Shown here piece after piece: positions 8,070-15,683 of a DNA stretch of 24,000 bases. The notes below the pieces were generated by a model that saw nothing but the letters and a program-made list of their open reading frames with translations, did no database searches and was not told where the DNA came from. How positions within the stretch are numbered: position 1 is the stretch's first letter; each line of letters starts with the position of its first letter. The translations under genes were made by a program, and so were the position numbers. Origin of the DNA: an uncultured Synergistaceae bacterium (GTDB taxonomy: Bacteria; Synergistota; Synergistia; Synergistales; Aminiphilaceae); NCBI GenBank assembly GCA_964539095.1, contig CAZIFL010000034.1, positions 8,218-32,217 on the forward strand, read 5' to 3'.

Positions 8070-8867
8070 ATGAAACGGTGGGCTTTATTGTGCGCGGTAT
8101 GTATCATCTTTATGGGCGTTTCCGGGGCCCTGGGGGCGGAAATTAAGATAGTAACCCCCACGGACGGGCAGACGGATGTTCCCAACACGGTCTGTACCCT
8201 GCTCTGGAAGGTTACCAGCGGGGACGAAGAGATCAGCAGTCTTTATACCTACGATGTCTATTTCGGATCCAGTGCGGCGACTCTCACGACTCCCGTGAGC
8301 CAGGACCTTACGGTTCCCGCCTACACAGTGTCGAATTTAGAGTATGACACCACCTATTTCTGGAAGGTCGTGGCCTTCCGGACGGGGGAGGATACCCTGG
8401 TAAGCAGCATCTGGCGGTTTACTACCTGGGATGGCGGAACACTTACCTTCGAACTCGTCGCTCCCCCGGATATCTCGGGTCTTACAGATCCCGAGGAGAT
8501 CGGCAAAGCCCGGGTGCTCATTGATCAGAACCTCCATTGGAAGTGTACCGTGGGGGGGCTTCTTATAAATGGCCTCTCCTACACCGTACGCCTTGGAACC
8601 AGCGGTGGCACTATCCCCGTAGTTGCTTCCGGGGTTACAGACATGATCTACGATCCCAATCTAACCTACGACCAGGTCTACTACTGGCAGATTACCGCTA
8701 CTGCTCCGGACGGGCGAACCTGGACAGGCCCCATATGGAAGTTTTATACCATGGCTCAGACAACCCTGGGAGGAAGCGGCTGCTCTCTGGGAGCCCTCTC
8801 CTTCGGAGGAATACTCCTGTTGCTCCCCCTGGCCTACGGTTTGCTCAAAAAATCGAGAAAGTTGTAG
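8070..8867 (+). CDS. Secreted protein with two tandem FN3-like beta-sandwich domains and a C-terminal sorting-type tail (Gly/Cys motif, TM helix, basic cluster; Synerg-CTERM-like)
   Basis: Sec signal MKRWALLCAVCIIFMGVSGALG|AE. There are two internally similar modules, each ending in a Y(F/Y)W...W(R/K)F(T/Y)T pattern (DTTYFWKVVAF...SIWRFTT; DQVYYWQITATAPDGRTWTGPIWKFYT). C-terminus: GGSGCSLGALSFGGILLLLPLAYGLLKKSRKL. The stop is 12 nt before the pilB ATG. Confidence 0.7.
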   Translation: MKRWALLCAVCIIFMGVSGALGAEIKIVTPTDGQTDVPNTVCTLLWKVTSGDEEISSLYTYDVYFGSSAATLTTPVSQDLTVPAYTVSNLEYDTTYFWKVVAFRTGEDTLVSSIWRFTTWDGGTLTFELVAPPDISGLTDPEEIGKARVLIDQNLHWKCTVGGLLINGLSYTVRLGTSGGTIPVVASGVTDMIYDPNLTYDQVYYWQITATAPDGRTWTGPIWKFYTMAQTTLGGSGCSLGALSFGGILLLLPLAYGLLKKSRKL

Positions 8868-8879
8868 GATCGGCCTGTC

Positions 8880-10550
8880 ATGGGGGATGAAAAGCTTCGC
8901 CTTGGGGATATCCTCATCAAGGCCATGGCCATCACCCAGGACCAGCTCCAGCAGGCCCTGGAGGAGCAGAAGAAGACCCGGGAGCGCTTGGGAGAACTTC
9001 TTATCGCCAAGGGGTGGGTTTCGGAGCGTCAGGTCATCGAGGCCTTGGGGAACCAGCTCAAAAAGCAGCTTGTCTCCCTCTCTCGCTTTACCCCCATGCC
9101 CGAGGCGTTGCAGCTTGTGCCGGAATACCTCGCCCGAAAGCTACAAGTAGTCCCCATGTCGGTCACGGGAAACGGCACCCTCATGGTAGCCATCTCGGAC
9201 CCTCTGGATGTCTTCTCCCTGGATGAACTTCGCCTTTATACCGATCGAGAGGTGGATGTAAGCCTCGCTGTCCTTTCAGAGATCAACCGGGCTTTGGATC
9301 ACATTTACAAGGTAAAGGAAGAGGAGTCCGGGGAGGTTGAAGTGCTCGGTACCGCCGAGGAGCTTCTTCGGGACAGCGCCACCAGCGTGGCCTACCTTGA
9401 CGAAGCCTTTGCGGTGGACCTTGTGAACCGTCTCATCAACGAAGCGGTGCGCGAGGGGACCTCGGATATTCACATGGAGCCCCACGAAAAGACCATGCGT
9501 ATCCGCTTTCGTGTAGATGGAGCGCTCTTTGATGCCCACGAATACCCCCGGGACCGGCATCCTGCGGTCTCCTCCCGTATCAAAATCATGGCCAACATGG
9601 ATATAGCGGACAAGCGTCGCCCCCAGGATGGCCGGATCATCTTAAAAGTTCAGAACCGCAAAGTGGATTTCCGGGTATCCTCCCTCCCCACGGTGTACGG
9701 CGAAAAGATCGTCATCCGGATTCTGGATCAGGAAAACTCCGTGGTGGGGCTCGATAAGATCGGCTTCTTTCCCGAGGATAAGCGAGCCATCGAAGATATT
9801 CTTGGAGTACCCTACGGGGTTATCCTCGTGACGGGGCCCACGGGGAGCGGCAAATCCACCACCCTCTACTCCATGCTGGAGCGGGTAAACCGCCCGGAGG
9901 TGAACGTCATCACCGTAGAAGATCCTGTGGAGTACAGCATCCAAGGGATCAATCAGGTGCATGTCAACGAAAAGGCGGGGCTTACCTTTGCCAGTGCTCT
10001 CCGATCCATTCTCCGGCAGGATCCGGACAAGGTGATGATCGGAGAAATTCGCGATCTCGAAACCGCCCAGATGGCCATACGGGCGGCTCTTACGGGGCAT
10101 ACGGTCTTCTCCACCCTCCACACCAACGATGCCCCCAGCACGGTGGTGCGCCTCACGGATATGGGGATTCCCCCCTTTCTGGTAGCTTCCTCCCTCATGG
10201 CCTCCATCGCCCAGCGGCTCATCCGCCGGGTATGTACCTACTGCCGGGAGGAGATGATCGTTCCCGAGGGGCTTGCCCATCCGGAACTTCTCCCCAAGGG
10301 AAGCCGGATCTACAAGGCCCAGGGGTGCGATGCCTGCCGGGGGACGGGGTATTCTGGACGTACCGCCATCTTTGAAGTTATGCTGGTGAATGATCCTATC
10401 CGTAAGCTCATCGTGGAAAACGCCTCCTCCCGGGAGATCTACAAGCAGGCCCGGATAGAGGGGATGCGAACCCTTCGGGAGCAGGGGCTGCGGAAGGTCT
10501 ACGAGGGAGAGAGCACCCTGGAAGAAGTACTTCATGTAACCATGGCTTGA
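8880..10550 (+). CDS. pilB: Type IV pilus assembly (extension) ATPase PilB, GspE family, with an N-terminal MshEN/T2SSE_N domain
   Basis: Walker A GPTGSGKSTT, Walker B/His box DPDKVMIGEIRDLETAQMAIRAALTGHTVFSTLHTNDA, and the tetracysteine cluster CTYC...CDACRGTG. The N-terminus has tandem RLGxxLI... repeats. Confidence 0.92.
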   Translation: MGDEKLRLGDILIKAMAITQDQLQQALEEQKKTRERLGELLIAKGWVSERQVIEALGNQLKKQLVSLSRFTPMPEALQLVPEYLARKLQVVPMSVTGNGTLMVAISDPLDVFSLDELRLYTDREVDVSLAVLSEINRALDHIYKVKEEESGEVEVLGTAEELLRDSATSVAYLDEAFAVDLVNRLINEAVREGTSDIHMEPHEKTMRIRFRVDGALFDAHEYPRDRHPAVSSRIKIMANMDIADKRRPQDGRIILKVQNRKVDFRVSSLPTVYGEKIVIRILDQENSVVGLDKIGFFPEDKRAIEDILGVPYGVILVTGPTGSGKSTTLYSMLERVNRPEVNVITVEDPVEYSIQGINQVHVNEKAGLTFASALRSILRQDPDKVMIGEIRDLETAQMAIRAALTGHTVFSTLHTNDAPSTVVRLTDMGIPPFLVASSLMASIAQRLIRRVCTYCREEMIVPEGLAHPELLPKGSRIYKAQGCDACRGTGYSGRTAIFEVMLVNDPIRKLIVENASSREIYKQARIEGMRTLREQGLRKVYEGESTLEEVLHVTMA

Positions 10551-10596
10551 TATAACATCCGGAGAATTCCCCGGAAAATACCAGGGAGGGGAAGAG

Positions 10597-11676
10597 ATGA
10601 CCACGTCCATCGTCACGCTTCTTGAAGAGACCCTTCGGGGGGATGCCAGCGATCTGCACGTTGGGGTGGGGATTCCTCCCGCCCTGCGGAAAGATGGAGA
10701 TCTGGAGTATCTTACCGATTACCCTGCCTTTTCCCCCGAAGATGTCTGGTCCATGGTGCGGGAGCTTCTTTCGGAGGAGCAGCTCAAACGGGTAGAAGAG
10801 CACTGCGAAATGGATTTCAGCTTCGAAATGTCCTTTGCGGAAGGGCGGGTATCCCGATTCCGGGGAAATTGCTTCATCGAGCGGGGAAATCCCTCCCTGG
10901 CCCTCCGGGTGATCCCCAAAAATGTCCGAACCCTGGATGATCTCCAGCTCCCCCAGAGCCTTCGGGGGGTGGCGGAGCATCTCCGGGGGCTCTTTCTCGT
11001 AACGGGCCCTACGGGGAGCGGCAAGTCCACCACCCTGGCGGCCCTCATCCGGCACATCAACATGAGCCGACGCTGCCATATCATCACCATCGAAGACCCC
11101 ATCGAGTACCTCCACGCTTCAGAGCGTTCGGTGATTCATCAGCGAGAGATCGGTTCAGACACCAAATCCTTCTCCGAGGCCCTCAAAAGGGCGCTCCGGC
11201 AAGATCCCGATGTCATCCTGGTGGGAGAGATGCGGGATCTCGAAACCATTGGAGCCGCCGTCACCGCTGCGGAGACGGGGCATCTCGTCTTTGGCACTCT
11301 CCATACTCCGGATGCCCCCCAGAGCATCGACCGGATCATCGACGTCTTCCCCCCCCATCAGCAGCAACAGGTGCGCATGCAGATCAGCCATATACTCATC
11401 GGCATTTGCTCCCAGCAGCTTATCCCCCTTCCCTCGGGAGGGCGCATCTGCGCCACCGAGCTGCTCTACGCCACCCCGGGGGTGCGGAACTGCATCCGGG
11501 AGGGGAAGGTGGGGCAGGTGAAGAGCATTATGCAGACCAGCGCCGCCGCAGGAATGCACACCATGGATCAGGATCTTGCCCGCTGTGTTCGGGAGGGAAC
11601 CTTCCCCTACGAGCATGCCCAGAAGTACGCCTACGACAGAAAAGATCTGGAGCGACTCGTTTTTGAAATGATGTAA
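10597..11676 (+). CDS. pilT: Type IV pilus retraction ATPase PilT
   Basis: About 360 aa. Motifs SDLHV, GPTGSGKSTTLAALI, DPDVILVGEMRDLETIGAAVTAAETGHLVFGTLHT and GVRNCIREGK (AIRNLIRE-type). RBS GGGAGGGG. Confidence 0.92.
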   Translation: MTTSIVTLLEETLRGDASDLHVGVGIPPALRKDGDLEYLTDYPAFSPEDVWSMVRELLSEEQLKRVEEHCEMDFSFEMSFAEGRVSRFRGNCFIERGNPSLALRVIPKNVRTLDDLQLPQSLRGVAEHLRGLFLVTGPTGSGKSTTLAALIRHINMSRRCHIITIEDPIEYLHASERSVIHQREIGSDTKSFSEALKRALRQDPDVILVGEMRDLETIGAAVTAAETGHLVFGTLHTPDAPQSIDRIIDVFPPHQQQQVRMQISHILIGICSQQLIPLPSGGRICATELLYATPGVRNCIREGKVGQVKSIMQTSAAAGMHTMDQDLARCVREGTFPYEHAQKYAYDRKDLERLVFEMM

Positions 11677-11724
11677 ATTATTTGTCTTTCACTTTTTAAT
11701 TCCTAGCAGAAGGGAGGAGAGACC

Positions 11725-13008
11725 ATGCTCTACAGCTACCGGGCCCGAGCCAAAGATGGAAAGATTACCGAGGGAGAGCGTCAGGCCAACCAGTCCGAGG
11801 AGGTGGTGGCCTGGCTGCGAAGCCAGAACCTCATGCCCATCGCCATCCGCGAGGCCAAGGGAAAGGCAACCCCTTCCAAAGGCAACGACAAAGGCAAAGC
11901 CTCCTCTTCTCGAGAAGGTGCCAGAAAGGGAGACGGAAAATCGCTGAGTCTTCTGGAGAAGCTCCAGCGGATCAGCACCGCGAGTACCCGGGACAAGGCC
12001 ATCTTCTTCCGACAGCTCGCCACCATGATCTCCTCGGGGCTCACCCTTGGTGCGGCTCTGGACATTCTCAAGGATCAGACCGCCAACAAGCGTCTTGCGG
12101 ATGCCATCACGGAGACCAAAAAGCTTCTGGACGGAGGCTACCCCCTGGCGGTGGCCATGAAACGCCGTAAGGAATTTTCTCCCCTCATGATTGCCATGGT
12201 ACAGGCGGGGGAGGAGGGAGGGCTTCTCGATATCACCCTTGATCGGGTGGCGGGATTTTTAGAGAAGCAGGATGCTTTGGCCAGGAAGATCAAATCCGCG
12301 CTCACCTACCCGATGGTGGTGATGGCCTTCGCCATCGGGGTGCTCTATCTCATGGTGACGGTGATCGTCCCCAAGTTCCAGAAGGTCTTTGCGGGGATGA
12401 ATGCGGAGATGCCCAAAATCACCATGATGGTCTTTGCCATGACAGACTTTCTCAAGTACAAGTGGCCCTTTCTTCTGGGGGGGCTTGTCTCCTTCATTGT
12501 TCTTCTGGTGCTCCTCCAGAGGCTGCAGGCCACCCGGGTCTTTGTGGACAAGCTCAAGCTCAAGATGCCCGTCTTCGGGGATATACTCTTTAAAGCCATT
12601 ATGGCCCGTACCATGCGTACCCTCGGCTCTCTGGTGCAGGCGGGGGTCCCCATTCTCCCCAGTCTGGATATGACCATGGAGGTGGCGAACAACGTGGTGA
12701 TCGCGGGGGGATTTCATAAGCTTCGGGAGGATGCCAAGCAGGGGTTCTCTCTGGGGGAGAGCACCAAGAAGCTCAAGATCTTCCCCCCCATGGTGGCGCA
12801 CATGCTCGCAGTGGGAGAACAGACGGGAAAGCTCGAAGAGATGATGAACAAGGTGGCGGACTGGTACGATCTTGAGCTGGATCAGAAGGTCTCTCAGCTC
12901 ACCGCCCTTCTGGAGCCCTTTATTATCGTCTTCGTGGGGGGGGTGGTGGCTCTGGTGGCGCTGGCGGTTTTCATGCCCATCGTGGGCGCCATCCAGACCA
13001 TGCTGTAG
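11725..13008 (+). CDS. pilC: Type IV pilus platform protein PilC (GspF family)
   Basis: Duplicated GspF-type domains (FFRQLATMISSGLTLGAAL... and TMRTLGSLVQAGVPILPSL...) with three predicted TM segments. RBS GGGAGGAG. Confidence 0.9.
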   Translation: MLYSYRARAKDGKITEGERQANQSEEVVAWLRSQNLMPIAIREAKGKATPSKGNDKGKASSSREGARKGDGKSLSLLEKLQRISTASTRDKAIFFRQLATMISSGLTLGAALDILKDQTANKRLADAITETKKLLDGGYPLAVAMKRRKEFSPLMIAMVQAGEEGGLLDITLDRVAGFLEKQDALARKIKSALTYPMVVMAFAIGVLYLMVTVIVPKFQKVFAGMNAEMPKITMMVFAMTDFLKYKWPFLLGGLVSFIVLLVLLQRLQATRVFVDKLKLKMPVFGDILFKAIMARTMRTLGSLVQAGVPILPSLDMTMEVANNVVIAGGFHKLREDAKQGFSLGESTKKLKIFPPMVAHMLAVGEQTGKLEEMMNKVADWYDLELDQKVSQLTALLEPFIIVFVGGVVALVALAVFMPIVGAIQTML

Positions 13009-13017
13009 CCGGAGAGC

Positions 13018-13047
13018 AACGCTCTGCGAGGATACGTGCAGAGCGTT
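13018..13047 (+). terminator. Perfect 10-bp stem / 10-nt loop hairpin directly after the pilC stop. It could be a terminator, attenuator or RNA-stability element, but it has no U-tract.
   Basis: AACGCTCTGC (13018-13027), loop gaggatacgt, then GCAGAGCGTT (13038-13047). The downstream sequence is AAACTGAAAC, not a T-run, so this is not a canonical intrinsic terminator. Confidence 0.3.
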
Positions 13048-13087
13048 AAACTGAAACAATGTGAAATAAAATCGCCAATCTTTCCTG

Positions 13088-13116
13088 TTGACATCGCCTC
13101 TTGAATTTGTTTTAAT
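13088..13116 (+). promoter_or_regulatory. Sigma70-type promoter for the major pilin gene
   Basis: TTGACA (13088-13093), an exact 17-nt spacer, then TTTAAT (13111-13116). It sits in an AT-rich intergenic region and predicts a 5' leader of about 105-110 nt before the pilin ATG. Confidence 0.55.
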
Positions 13117-13230
13117 GGCATACGTGGATGGTGTGGTGGCTCTGGTAGAGTGGTTTTTTGTATACTTCTATCAGGGAGCTATACGGATAATGTTTTAGTT
13201 TTTTTACTTTTACGGGAGGTGTTTGTATTG

Positions 13231-13710
13231 ATGAAGAGTATGAAGAGAAAAGGTTTTACCCTGGTGGAGCTGCTGATCGTTATCGTCATCATCGGTATTC
13301 TTGCAGGTGCCATGATGATGCTCATGGGAAGCAGCACGGATAAGGCAGAGGCCACGAAGATTATTTCGGATATCCGAGTGATGAAGGGCGCAGTGCTTCA
13401 GTACTATGCGGATAACTCGGGGTATCCGGCGACAGCTGCGGGGACGAGCGTTACAGCTCTGGAGAAGTACGTTGATAAAGATCTTCCGACGACCACTTAT
13501 GACCTCCAAAACGATGGGACCCTCGTTTTTGTGGGGATGAAGGTCCCCACTACTGGTGCGGGGGAGAAGCTTGTGGATGTGGTAAAGAATGATAAGATAA
13601 AAATGTGGTTAAGCGTTGGTTCGGCTGGTGCTGTCGATGTTTCTAATGATGAAGTTCTTGCGACAACTACCATTGCTGCAGACGACTGGGTCTACCAGCG
13701 GGCAAACTGA
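13231..13710 (+). CDS. pilA: Major type IV pilin (prepilin with a class III signal peptide)
   Basis: MKSMKRKG|FTLVELLIVIVIIGILAGAMM is a canonical prepilin cleavage/N-methylation motif, with Glu at +5. The product is about 160 aa. GGGAGG lies upstream. An in-frame TTG at 13228 is an alternative start. The upstream part of ORF 13150..13710 is probably untranslated. Confidence 0.88.
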   Translation: MKSMKRKGFTLVELLIVIVIIGILAGAMMMLMGSSTDKAEATKIISDIRVMKGAVLQYYADNSGYPATAAGTSVTALEKYVDKDLPTTTYDLQNDGTLVFVGMKVPTTGAGEKLVDVVKNDKIKMWLSVGSAGAVDVSNDEVLATTTIAADDWVYQRAN

Positions 13711-13741
13711 ACGTAACTAGGCTGACGGCACTTTCAAAACC

Positions 13742-14578
13742 GTGAATCGGCGCGGAGCTTTCTCCCTCGTAGAACTTCTTCTCGCTCTGTTCATGATGGG
13801 CATTGTAGGAGCGGCGTCTCTGCCGCTCCTTTTTTCGTTTTTCTCCTTCTACGATCTCGTCCGGGACGGAGCCTCCTGCACCTTTCGGGGGGAGCAGGCT
13901 CTCGCCACTCTGGAGCCTTATGCTCTCGGCGCTGGGTTGGGGATGCCCTCCTCATCCCGAGAGGCCTTTGAAGAGGCCTTCACCTTTCCTCCGGGGCTTC
14001 CGGGCATCGCCTACCGTGGGTGGGGGACGGTAAGCATCTTTCAGAATGGGCAGCACCTCCGCCTGGTGTCGGGAATCCCCCTGGGTAGAGGGGCCTTGAA
14101 GCAGACGGAAATCGCCCGGGAGGAGTCCTCTCTGGAGCTTTCCGCCCCCCTGCCGGAGTTTGGCAAAAAGTGCATTACCTACGTTTTTCCCGCATCCAGA
14201 GTCCCCTTTTTCAGCGTGCACTCCTCGGGAAAGACGCTTACGCTTCGAAGCTCCCGCTCCGAACAGGTGCACGCCTTCGATGAAATTCACGGGGTCTTTG
14301 CGGCGGAGCTGTATCTTGTGGGCACAACGCTCTATCTGCGTCTCTACGATGAGGGAACTCCCATGGTACAGCCTCTGGCAAGCTCCATTGCGGGGTTTCA
14401 CTGCGAGTATCAGGAAGAGACCTCTCTTCTTTCCGTCTTTCTTCTCGTTCGTTCCTCTCGAAAACGTTCCCGTCCCCTCTCTCAGGACATACCGGGGTGG
14501 CATGCCTCCTGGCCCTCCTCCCACGATCCCGCCTACTACCACGCGGCCTTCTCGCGCTCCTGGCGGATTCGGAACTGA
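13742..14578 (+). CDS. Minor pilin / pseudopilin (PilW/GspJ-like), prepilin-type N-terminus
   Basis: GTG start. The N-terminus is MNRRGAFSLVELLLALFMMGIVGAASL (prepilin-like hydrophobic helix with a conserved Glu). It is 278 aa, sits immediately after the major pilin, and its GC content returns to the flanking level. Confidence 0.65.
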   Translation: MNRRGAFSLVELLLALFMMGIVGAASLPLLFSFFSFYDLVRDGASCTFRGEQALATLEPYALGAGLGMPSSSREAFEEAFTFPPGLPGIAYRGWGTVSIFQNGQHLRLVSGIPLGRGALKQTEIAREESSLELSAPLPEFGKKCITYVFPASRVPFFSVHSSGKTLTLRSSRSEQVHAFDEIHGVFAAELYLVGTTLYLRLYDEGTPMVQPLASSIAGFHCEYQEETSLLSVFLLVRSSRKRSRPLSQDIPGWHASWPSSHDPAYYHAAFSRSWRIRN

Positions 14579-14669
14579 AAAACTCCTCCAAAAGAGTCTC
14601 GTGCCACCGTAAAAGAAAAGCTTCGAAAGAATATTTTGATTTTCCTGTATCTTTTTGGGAAAGATGGGT

Positions 14670-14698
14670 TTTACCTTCTTTCCGCTTTTCGCTATAAT
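14670..14698 (+). promoter_or_regulatory. Candidate sigma70-type promoter for pilMNOPQ
   Basis: TTTACC (14670-14675), a 17-nt spacer and a perfect TATAAT (14693-14698), about 20 nt upstream of the pilM start in a 139-nt intergenic gap. Confidence 0.4.
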
Positions 14699-14717
14699 CA
14701 GTTAAAATGCAGGAAAG

Positions 14718-15683
14718 GTGGTGAAGGCTGTGGGGTTGCCCTTTTTACGCAAATCCTCTGGAGGAGGAGCGGGTTTTTCCTTTCACGATTCCGAGATTCG
14801 ATATCTGGAGCTTTCCGGCCAGGCTGGGAAGTATCGCCTTGAAGCTGCGTCGGTGATCTCCTCTCCGGGGGCGGTGCTGGAGCAGGGGATGTTGCGGGAT
14901 GTCAAACTTTTAGCTCCCCTGATGCAGCGTCTTAAAGACGAGCGGGGAGCAGCCTTTCCCAGGGGGATTACCGTGGGCCTTCCCCCTCGAAATGTCATGA
15001 TGCGGGTGGTGGGGGTTCCTGAAATGGATCTTGAAGACGCTCGGGGGGCTTTGCAGTGGGATTTTGAAAAATATTTTCCCTTTCCCGTGGGGGAGGCAGT
15101 GTATGATGTGGCGGATATAACTCCCGATGCGGGGGGCGCTGCGGGGGAAATGAAGCTTCTGGTGGCGGCGGTTCGCTCCCGTCTGGTGGAGCAGATTCTC
15201 GAAATCTTTGTCCCCCTTGAGATCCCCGTGAGTTCTGTGGAGCCCTCTCTGGTGGGGGCCTTCCGCTCCATTCTCGGCCCTGTGCCGGGACTTTCCGGGG
15301 GATATCTCATGCTGCTTCTGGAGGATAACAGCACCCAGCTCATTTTCGGGAGCGGCGGTTCCGCTCTTCTTTTCCGTACCCTTCTGGTAGGAATTGGCGG
15401 AGAGGGTCCACAGGAGGAGTCTTTGGAATCGGTGGTGCGAGAGGTGCGCTCCACCCTGGGATTTGTGAAGGGGCAGTTCCGGGATGTGCCGGTGAATTCT
15501 CTCATTATCGCAGGGCCTCACGGGGATAATCCCGAAGTGCAGGAGCGTTTCCGTCAGGAAATTTCTGATCTTTCGCTTCTCTCCTTTCCTCTGTGGCAGA
15601 CCTGGGGCATGGAGCCCCCCGGCGGCGATCCTCGTGGATGGGAGTCCGCTCTGGGGCTTGCCTTAAGGGATGTGATAGCATGA
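14718..15683 (+). CDS. pilM: Type IV pilus assembly protein PilM (actin-like ATPase fold)
   Basis: PilM-like pattern: IRYLELSG..., VGLPPRNVMMRVVGVPEMDLEDARGALQWDFEKYFPFPVGEAVYDV, and later LLVAAVRSRLVEQ. Its stop overlaps the pilN start (ATGA). The start is uncertain among the GTGs at 14718, 14721 and 14730. Confidence 0.85.
   Translation: MVKAVGLPFLRKSSGGGAGFSFHDSEIRYLELSGQAGKYRLEAASVISSPGAVLEQGMLRDVKLLAPLMQRLKDERGAAFPRGITVGLPPRNVMMRVVGVPEMDLEDARGALQWDFEKYFPFPVGEAVYDVADITPDAGGAAGEMKLLVAAVRSRLVEQILEIFVPLEIPVSSVEPSLVGAFRSILGPVPGLSGGYLMLLLEDNSTQLIFGSGGSALLFRTLLVGIGGEGPQEESLESVVREVRSTLGFVKGQFRDVPVNSLIIAGPHGDNPEVQERFRQEISDLSLLSFPLWQTWGMEPPGGDPRGWESALGLALRDVIA

Noticed and set aside
12943-13146. 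A 14-bp exact direct repeat, GTGGTGGCTCTGGT, occurs at 12943-12956 (pilC 3' end) and 13133-13146 (pilin leader). It could be a recombination scar flanking the pilC/pilin junction.
   Set aside because: About one 14-mer repeat is expected by chance in a window of this size. The repeat does not bracket the pilin gene itself, and the match does not extend. I note it only as weak support for the cassette idea.
13117-13230. The pilin leader might hold a c-di-GMP riboswitch or a sigma54 promoter (TGGCAT at 13116-13121).
   Set aside because: I could not recognise conserved GEMM-I/II core sequences. GG-N10-GC spacing fails, because positions 13129-13130 are TG, not GC. The leader is AT/U-rich with only weak 5-bp stems.
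14658-14690. A hairpin GGAAAGA / TCTTTCC (12-nt loop) followed by GCTTTTC could be a terminator for the pilin transcript.
   Set aside because: The stem is short and AU-rich, and the T-run is only 4 nt. It overlaps the proposed pilM -35 element, so the evidence is ambiguous.
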